Source of the DNA: Perkinsus chesapeaki ATCC PRA-425
Lineage: Eukaryota > Protista > Perkinsozoa
Reading direction: 5' to 3'
Assembly (NCBI GenBank): GCA_013115145.1
Contig: JAAPAO010000212.1
Coordinates: 1-52,419 of the forward strand
Length of the DNA: 52,419 nucleotides
The notes under the pieces were generated by a model. That model had not been told where the DNA came from, made no database searches, and saw only the letters and a program-made list of their open reading frames with translations. The position numbers and the translations under genes are program-made. This document shows positions 1 through 9,500 of this stretch, piece by piece; positions within the stretch are counted from its first letter, which is position 1, and each line of letters starts with the position of its first letter.

Positions 1-929
1 TAGGCACACCATCGTCTGCCAGGTACACCGCCGGCGCGTCCCTACCTCCCAGTCCCCGCAGTCAGAGGTTTCATGCACTTGGGCTAATGAGAGTAACTTA
101 ATGTTATGTCGACTCATATCCATCATCAATCATATGAGCACGACATAGCTCGCTTAACTTCACTTAGAACTCAACAATCATTATCATCTTCTTTCAACTC
201 CATCAATCACAAGATTGTTGTGTTAGTGTAGTATTATTATTGACAAAATCAATAAAAAGGATGAACTCAAGTGTTCGAACACTACATGCACCGATACCCG
301 AGAGATCATATCTCGTACATCCTGGTGAGGTCTCCTCGTAACATCATCACACAAGAGTTCCACTCTGTCCACGTAGTGAGTTTTATACCAAACCAACCAG
401 GAGGGACTTACCCAAGCCTGACCCAGACCTTGCTCGCCCCGAAACCTATCGTTCTCTTAGCTGCTTTCGAAATCACAACTTCACTGAATTAGTGACACTA
501 ACATTAAGGTCGATAACTCTGACATGTTTCTAAGTGATAAAATTGTTGGGACAGGACAAGGAACCGACTCCGGCTCGAACTTTACCTCCAAGCACCCGTG
601 CTTTCCAAAACCATTTCTTCACCCGCGATGACTCACTTTCTTTGGAGGGATTCATCATAGTATCCAAGCTTGAAGCTTGGTATCAAATCTCCAAGTAGGT
701 TGCTCTCTAATTCCTTGTTATTAGAGCCTTATATCGAGTAAATCTCTATCCGACTGATACTGACTACTTTCGGTGGCACGAGGCCGTCGAGGTTCGTTCC
801 TCACCCACCAAACAAGCCGAATACTCAAACTCAAATACTCTACGCGTTAACACAGTCACCTAGCTAAGGGACATAAGAATACGTCATATGATGGTTTAAT
901 GAAAATTATTATCACACAGTCACAAAAAA

Positions 930-1880
930 TTAGCTGCTGGCAAAGTTGATGCCATTCTGAATATCACCCTTCAGCTTCTTCCTCACCTCCACTAGACGCT
1001 TCTGCTCATATGGAGTGAGACGTTCCAGTGGGTGAACTCGGGAGACGCCTTCCGGGCCAAAGTCGCATCTATACGAGAAATACGACACATCCTCATTTGG
1101 CTCGTTGATATAAGCACAAGCAGCCGTAATTTGGCCACGCTGACCACGAATGACAACATCAACGAACTTGGCCGCGGCATACGCCATTGAAAGGGTGGCG
1201 GAGCCCGCGCCGTTCTTGGCCTCGACGACCTCAGTCCCGGCATTCTGGATACGCTTGTCGAGCTCCTCGATGACAGCCTGGTTCAGCTTGACCTCGGGCC
1301 TGGCCTGGGAGAAGAGAGTCATGATAGTCTCACCGGCGTGGCCACCAATGACGGGTACATCCATGTGCTCCACATCCATACCAGTCTTCTCGCCAACAAA
1401 GGTATTGGCACGAGTAATATCAAGCTGAGTAACGCCGAGGATCTTCTTGGGGTCGAAAACACCGGCCTTCTTGTAGATCTCGGCGGCAATGGGCACCGTC
1501 GAATTCACCGGGTTAGACACGATACAGAGAGTTGCCTTGGGGGCGTACTTGGCAGCCGCAGTCGCCAACCCGCGAACGATACCAGCGTTAATCTTGAAAA
1601 GGTCATCCCTGGTCATACCAGGTTTGCGAGGCACGCCGGCGGTCATGACGATAATGTTGGCACCGGTCAAAGCGGCCTCGAGCTCGTCATCTCCAGCGTA
1701 GCCAGTGACTTTCGCAGGAGTGTTGATGTGGCTAATATCAGCGGCCACCCCAGCACAGGGAACCATAGCTTGCTTGATGTCATACAAAGCAAGGTTAGTG
1801 ATCATAGGGTTGAGCTTGAGAAGCATGGATAGTGGCTGACCGATACCACCGGAAGCACCGAGGAGAGTTACTTTGGTCAT
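930..1880 (-). CDS. MDH: NAD-dependent malate dehydrogenase (mitochondrial/bacterial-type sequence), single exon
   Basis: Uninterrupted ORF with Rossmann motif LLGASGGIGQPL, TAGVPRKPGMTRDDLF, IVSNPVNS, catalytic LDITRA and IGGHAG, and GSATLSMAYA. Likely start is the ATG at 1880 (MTKVTLL). Confidence 0.95.
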   Translation of the reverse strand: MTKVTLLGASGGIGQPLSMLLKLNPMITNLALYDIKQAMVPCAGVAADISHINTPAKVTGYAGDDELEAALTGANIIVMTAGVPRKPGMTRDDLFKINAGIVRGLATAAAKYAPKATLCIVSNPVNSTVPIAAEIYKKAGVFDPKKILGVTQLDITRANTFVGEKTGMDVEHMDVPVIGGHAGETIMTLFSQARPEVKLNQAVIEELDKRIQNAGTEVVEAKNGAGSATLSMAYAAAKFVDVVIRGQRGQITAACAYINEPNEDVSYFSYRCDFGPEGVSRVHPLERLTPYEQKRLVEVRKKLKGDIQNGINFASS

Positions 1881-2340
1881 GCTGGAACAGGAAAACAAAT
1901 AACTGGAGACACCGCGGGAAACGCCAAGTCGAGAGACGGACAGATTTCACCGCGAACGCCCAAGACGAGACGGTTCATAGCACCACATGAGTAACTTGGA
2001 GACGCAATTGAAATCTCTACATTGCAAGGTTTCACTAAGGCGAGCACGAGTGATAGTGAAACCGACGAAGGATGCTTCCTCGGGCGAGCGAAAGTACCCT
2101 GAACATGCCGTGCTAGGCGCGGGTGTGCTTGTCCGACGGGTCAATGGACTGGGGTCATATAGGGCGGTCCTCGGATGGGCCTATCTCCGTGTGGGACGAG
2201 CCGCTCCAAAAACCGAATACTCGGTTAAAAACGGCTTATGGTTCAAGCGTGCAATTTCCTAATGAAAAGATGCTTCCGATTCTGGCAGCGCAAAAGAGAC
2301 GCATTGACAACGCAACACCAACGAGGAGACACGAAATCTT

Positions 2341-3447
2341 TCATGACCATCCAATAGTATCCTCCAGCTCGCTAACCTTTCGCGCCACATCATCAGCGAT
2401 AATCTGAGAAAGCCGCGCAGATGAGGCGAGTCTCCGCCACTTCCCTAACAGATGTGGCTTTGAATTGCGCCTCTAACAACTGAACATCCGCCGCCGTCGC
2501 CGAGACTTCAACAGATGACTCGAAGCGATAATCGGCGATGGTTTCGCGAAGATTCGTTAACAATGGCAGCAGTTCATCTGAAGAGCGACCAGTCAGAGAC
2601 CAGCGGGCTTCGGCTCACCTTTGAATAGCTCCACTTGTTGAGGAAATGAATGGTGGGTTCGCACTCGACCCAGAATTTTCCTGGATTGCTCGTTCTGGGT
2701 CGAAATTACCTGAGCGATTGAAAATTGCCTCACTAAGGGAGAAATAAAGCAAAGAGCTAGGAGAAGACACGGCAGCGTACTGCACGGGCTAAGTCTTGTG
2801 TACCTCAAGGTCGGCCTCAGCCTGAGCGACTCCGAGCTTAAGACCACTTGCAGTTGGAGATACGACTGGTCGAACGCTGTCACGACCCAAACGACGCCTG
2901 CGGAACACAGGTTCTTTGGTTCCGAAGACCAACGCCTTATCCATTAGGCCACGAGACCACGAAAATTGACGCCCGCCACACAATCTAGCGCCTTCACCAT
3001 CAAAACATCCACCATGAATGAAGTAATGGAGTATACTTCCAATGGGGCTCACTTAATCGCTTTTCCTTCTCTGTTTTCTTCACCAGTGGCTTCCTGAGCA
3101 TGTACCCTACTCCTAATCGATCGACCGTTCCGTTCTTCTCCCACAGAGACTGCTCGCCGTTCTGCCACACCTGCCAACACCTCCTCGTACCACCATTTTC
3201 CTCTGCCAAGAGCGTACTTCCGCCCACTATACATTCTCGTAAAACCGACAGTGCCGTGTGGGCCCGTCCGGGGTCTGTACCTCGAGATGCCTGATACCTA
3301 GATGCTCTCATACCGCTCCTTTCTTTGATCGTCCACCTGTCGCGTTATCGGTCTTTCATCGTGCCTACTACGCCCGGCGCTCGCAGTGCTGGCAGTCGGA
3401 GCTCTAGTTTCGTTTCTGACGTATTTTTCTCGTGCAGAGTCCCTCAT
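2341..3447 (-). CDS. Hypothetical multi-exon protein, family not recognised
   Basis: Phase-compatible exon pieces joined by GT-AG introns, e.g. ...KKTEKEKRL-S | intron 3052-2898 | VVWVVTAFDQSYLQLQ..., then DELLPLLTNLRETIADII and IIADDVARKVSELEDTIGWS*. Both ends are uncertain. Confidence 0.4.
2913..2958 (-). pseudogene. 5' 46 nt of a tRNA-Arg(TCG) gene; T arm and 3' acceptor strand absent; intronic
   Basis: GGTCTCG TG GCCT AATGGATA AGGC G TTGGT CTTCGGA ACCAA AGA. D stem and anticodon stem pair perfectly and the anticodon is TCG. No T arm or CGAGACC-type strand follows. Confidence 0.8.
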
Positions 3448-3512
3448 CCCACCACTGTCGAGCTCTCCAACTTATCCGTTGAGGAAACGCAAGATTGCAA
3501 GATGTAGAAACA

Positions 3513-6500
3513 CTAAGGATTGGTATTAGCGACAAATTTAGTCTTCCATTGTTCTCCCAGGTTTTTGAACATTTGTTGCATCTTCGCTGCGACATCTCCG
3601 CTCTCGCCGTCATCCACGACACCCAGCGCCACCGAACCTGCGAAGGATAATCTTTCATTAACTCTATATGGTTGTTTAGCCCTGACATTGTACTATTTTC
3701 ACGGTCATACAATTCTCCATAGTGCGCAAAAAATACTCTCGAGGTTAACAAACCCACCTCCGGCGCCTCCGCTCGAGCTGGTCGTAGAAGTTCCCACAGG
3801 GCCTTGAGTCTCGCTCGACTGTCTACCGCTCTGGCCACTCGGCTGCCCATGAACCGCCCGCGCCGCGTCGACTTGGTTGCGAATATTTCCCCACGCAGTT
3901 GTAAAGACCGAACCTAAGTGGCAAATCTTCATACCGTAACTTCCTCTGATCGTACCGAATTGGCCTGCCGTCATCGGCCCCATGTCTTCTCGTGTCGAGG
4001 CCGGGCCACTGCTAGCACCCACCGAGCCCATGCTCGAGGAACCGTCTCGAGATATCCGCCCGCTTAGCCCACCTCCGTGCTGCATCGATAGTGCTATATG
4101 GAGAGCCTAAAGGTATGTTTTGCGCACTGCTAATAAACTAGGGATTCTGGCTGTTTCTGCTTCCAGTAGTAACATATCTCCTATCATACTCCTCCTCCTC
4201 CCGGCTTACCTCATCGATGGCTTCCTTAGTCGGAGTATCTTCTCTATTCGCGCAAAGTGTTTGTATTATTTCAACTCGCATCGAGTCCTCCCCAGACTGC
4301 TGGACCGACAACGCCCGAAGGACCGCTTGCGGTCTAATAACAAGCATACCAAATAAGCTATGACCAAATCGATCGAGTGATCGATTTTCTTACAATTGCA
4401 TTCTTCGGCACGTAACCGCCGAGTAGGCCTGCATTGCCTGTGATGTGTTCTCGGTTGCCGCCGATGCTCCCTCCACAGGAGACTCCAACAACAGCGTCTG
4501 CAGGCCTCCCGTCAATGTCACCAGTATTTCTACTCTATCGGTAGAATCCACCTATTCAACATCCAAAGGTACCCGGTTCAATCCTCGCCACCTCCACTTA
4601 CTGGTTCTTTTATTCCAGTAAACAACAGCGTGCAATAATCCTCTATTATTTTAGCCATGGCCCCCTCTGCCACCGAACTGTACTGTGGCTCTGTCAAGCC
4701 CTGGGCAGCTTCCCGCAGATTCCCGGTCAAACTTCTGTGCGCCCGGGATGTCTGAAAATGAAGACACTGTTATTACACTGAGATAATAGTAAATATAATC
4801 TCATCGAGTCTGATATCCGCTTCATATACTACAGCCAGATAATAATGTTATTAAATACTTTTACCACTAGAGTTCTCCAGAATGCAAAACTGGACAGAAT
4901 TAAAGTGCCATCTCCAATTTCGGTGTATCAGCGACTATTAACGAAGATTCTGCCAACCAAAAGACTCGGAATCAAAATTTTCACGCAAAAATGGATCTAT
5001 GCGGAATTTCGGGGAACCTTTCTAAAAAAGATGCTTCTATTGATAATAATTTCTGCTGTACTCCTCCGCGGAGTTCGCCACTGTATCAGAATCTCAGCTC
5101 CGAATTCCAATATACGATATCCCGAGCTTCTCAAGGTCTCCTTCCGATAGCAGGAAATCATCTAGAAAATTTTGCAAGTGTTTCAGAAATTTCCCAAAAA
5201 TTTTCCGCGGTAGTTCTAGTATCTGAAATTTTCCGCTTACAACTGCATTAACGTCGGCCGTGTCCGCTGCCGTCCACGGCTTCTGGTCATCCTTGACAAA
5301 TTGAGTTATACGTCGAATGCATTGATCGGCTGCTCTAGTGGATGCTTGCCTGATAAAAAATGCCATAAAATGTAGCAAAAAAGGCGGAGCGAAGCGCCCT
5401 TAGCGAACTACCGGCAATTTTGGTTTCGTATGGAGCTTTTAAGAGCGTTCGGTGTACCGACTACTGGATACATCTAAGCCTCTATTCTGATCTGTTCAAC
5501 TTTCAACATCGGCCGTCGGTCAGTCCATTCCACGATGTGCAGCAACACTTGGGTAATTTGCAGGTAGGCTTTCATGCTACTTTTGCAGTGCACCATCAGT
5601 ATGAAAGATACGCAGGGACGGGGAGGTGAAAAAGAAAGGCGGAGCGAAGCACCATCATCTTACTCAATAGCTTGTGCTTCAACATCAGCGGCTTCCTCCA
5701 TCTGCTTGGCGAAGTTGATTTGAGACTTCAACGGCTCATCGATGGTGTCACTGATGCTTCCAGCCAGCAACGGCAACGTTTGGGTTATATAACTGACATC
5801 AGTGACATCGAGCCTTATTCCCAGTAAAAGAATACAATAACAGTTAACATAAAGTATATGAATAAATTTCCCGAACTTCTGTCATTCATGAAATATTTTT
5901 TCCGAAAGATAGTGTCATGAATATTCTCAGGGAATACAGGTTAACTATTCAAGTCAGGAATTAATCATTTCAATCATCATCGACGACGCTTCACACTGCT
6001 TTGACATAAATTCTTTTGTATCATGTATTTGCTCGTTATTAAGGACCATTTCAATCGACATAAATTCTATGTCCCATAATAAATAAACACCGATTTCCTT
6101 GCTCGCTCAGTGAACCGTTGAAGTTATCGCCGTTTACTTTCCCCACTAACGCTATGTGGACCCCACATATAGAAGAATCTTTTTGTGTGGTTTGGGACAG
6201 CTTTGATGTAGATGAGTTACATGCTTACATGCATGAACCGGCCACGGCATAAATCTGCTCATCACTCGCTGATGCTCGAACTCTGGATGATAAAACCTGA
6301 AAGACATGAATGGCAAGAGAAGAATCCATCACACGTTCACACTGTGGAATCAACAGAGATATACGTTTACAAATAAGCCGCAATGCTGGTATAGATGCAC
6401 GATGTCGCCTGCCTGTATCGGCGGGAAAAATCTTGAAATTTTCCAACTTTTTTCCTCGAGAAAAACGGAAATTTTCTGGATAGAAGCCCTTTTAAGACTG

Positions 6501-9500
6501 CCTAGGAGCACATAAGCTGCAGAGGCTCTTAAAAGGGGGGAGACCTGCTAAAGAACCGAACGTGATTGTACACGACAAGCCTACTTTGTCATTATAACGG
6601 TCAAGGGCCACACGGAAGCTTTTGACACATAAAAGGAACATCGTATTGCTAGTTGAGACACTCTTGCAACTCTTGAACAGCTTCTTCATCTTAGTAAACA
6701 GCTCCACCACTGATTTATAAACAAAGACCGGCTCGGTCTGAGGGCCATCAACAGCAGCAGGAGGAGCTTCCGATGGCACTGGTACCGAGCCTGAACACAA
6801 ACACAAAGTACTAGAGCAGATTTCGGATGGCTTCCCAGTGGCCACTTTCTCCAGGAGGGTACTAGCCCCCCCCCCTGGTTATCTCACGGAATAGCCAATA
6901 GGAGTTCGCGATCAACAGTTGGGCACTATGATCCCCACTTTGAAGATCTAATGAATAACCTTCCGAGATTCCAATGTTCATCGAAGAAATCCCGCGGACA
7001 CCCGAATCGGAGACACCTACGAATCTCCAAGCAAGGAGGATACGGAAAACAATGGAGAGCTATAACGTGCTATGAATTATTTAAATACGGTATACCTACA
7101 ACGGAGGTATACTAAGATCGGTACAACTTTCTTCAGGTCGGAAGATACGATAGATTAAGTTAACTCAGCACACAAATATTCGGGAATGCTATTTCCCGTC
7201 TACAGACCGACTCCAGTCGGGAGCCAAATGTATCTATATAGCCTCTCTTCTATATAACAATTTGGTGGTGGTTAATTTCATGGTGGTTAATAATGGTTTT
7301 TATACAATAGCTAGGAAGGCAGCAGTTGAGAAAGCCACAAGAGGACGGGCACCAGCGGCATGACACTCCACCTTACCCCTTTTAGACCCCATAATTTCAG
7401 GGTCCTCTTTGGCAGCAGCCTCATCAACTTGTGCACATAGTAGAGATTGCTCGTGGTTCACCCAAATGCTCAAGTATCTGAACAGATCAATTAATGCATA
7501 AAACACCTCGGGCGGGGCTCGAACCCACGACCACGGGCTTAAAAGGCACGCGCTCTACCGACTGAGCTACCGAGGCTATTGAAAATACCCCCTGGTCGAA
7601 AAAGAGGAGCTGATCGGTCCAACCATCTTTCCTCGTCACTTACGGTTCAAAACAATTAGACACTATTCCTTTAAACGACACATCTCCTTCTCCTCGACTA
7701 TATCTCTTATCGAGATCGTTCTCCATCTCGATGTTCTTAACGGCAAGTTGGAATAATAAGCTGGGGTCCTCGGTCTAAACAAAACAACAGAGGTAGGCGT
7801 ACAAAGTAAAAATACAAGCCCGCAATAGAGACAAGACATCATCCTACCACACTTGCTATCATAAAACGGAAATGCTCTACACTACTGACGAAATATATCA
7901 CTTCTTACTATCACATGCCATTGCAACAACCTACAAACCGATTTGTCCTCGACGCGAGTCAGGGGCAAGATTGAGCACTCATATTCACGAAGCCGCGTCA
8001 CGTCACAGATTATCCAGGAGGGCATGCATAGGAAGATGAAAGCCACAAGTGCTCTGTAACTCGATAAAGATGCCAACGAGAATGGAATAAAACATAACGA
8101 CACTCATTTGACAGAACACGTCACGAACTCATAGTGCAGTTGGGCGAGTTCTCACGGGGGTGACTTGCGATATAATCAACAGAGAGTCTTCATACAGAGT
8201 TACTTCGCAAATAAAAAATGAGCACCGTAAAACATGCCATATAGCTAGTTCGCATTTTGCAGTATCTTTGCCATTTTTTCAGATATCCGATGACAGGACT
8301 GATGATTTTCGTAGTAATTAGTAATTAAAATAGTTTCGAAAGTATGACCAAGATAACAAATAAATAAACATCACGCTCACAATAGCAATGAAACCCACCT
8401 GTTCTGGCCCAGCAGTGGCAGCAGCCAATATATCTACCAAGTGTTGTCTGGTCAAATGACAGTAATGTAAGCATAATTGTTTATCAACTCTCCACTCTGA
8501 AGGGAAGTATTCTCGGTGCTCAGAGTTGTACCTAATGAAACAACAGCCTGCATCGCTCCGCTAGGGGAAAATTTCCACGAGAAACTGGAAATTTTGTAAA
8601 CAAAAAACGCTTCGCTCCGCCTACTCACTTTCGCAAAGTTCTACTAAGCCAGCCAAATCTTCTCTCGCAATCTTCCAAGGTTGAGTATTGACCATCCGGG
8701 AACGAGAAGAGCTTCTGGTACTCCTTCAGCAGTCTCATGCAATACCTGAAATAAAACCGTTCCCGACCTGGGCGCAAAGCACTATTGACCGAGGGGGAGA
8801 TTTCATGAGGTGCCATCTCATACCGACTTTTCCACACGTCTATTTGAATTGCATAACCCCCCCTCACTTACATGCTAATAACGTCATCTTTAACCTCCTT
8901 TCCTATTGCAGCAGCTGTCTCACACGCTGCCTTAACATCAATTTTATTATCTCCGTCATACCCAGGCGTAAACAACTTGCCCTGATCAACAACAATCGCA
9001 ACCGAACGCCGTCGGATGGATCCTCCAGAGAGATTTCAACCCGAACTATGACCCTACCACTCTCTTTACGAGCTTTACGATTTGTAAAATCGAAGTGGGG
9101 AATATTTTTCTTTGTATTTTCGCGGGAAAATTGTCAGAATTTCACTATTATTTTCCCCCACCCGACTTAAAATGACTTTGTGGAACTACGGAAAAATATT
9201 GAAACTTTCTATTCCCGTCCGCCTCACTTCTATATCCTCCAAACACTCGGCTTTCAGATCTTCCAACAACCTATCTTTGTGATTGAGAAGCTCATCAACC
9301 TAAGATACAAAGCAGCTCAACCATGCATCGCACACTCAGCTAAGATACCTGCGGCAGTTGTGGCCGTAGAGGCTCGAACATCTCCGACAATTCCACGACT
9401 GCTAAGACCAATGGATGGCACTGAAAATGAAAATGAATTACCTCATCGATTGATTAGATACTCTAATGATAGAACTTGAATGTATTATAAACTAACTGTC

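Noticed and set aside
270-283. 14-bp palindrome, plus scattered 1-nt-spacer palindromes (664-680, 13682-13696, 45489-45503)
   Set aside because: Arms of 7-8 bp are expected a few times by chance in 52 kb.
1-900. Possible LTR or retroelement fragment at the window start
   Set aside because: No recognisable gag/pol motifs, paired LTR or convincing primer-binding site.
992-1832. Several overlapping ORFs on both strands across MDH
   Set aside because: Shadow ORFs of a GC-rich coding sequence; no independent motifs.
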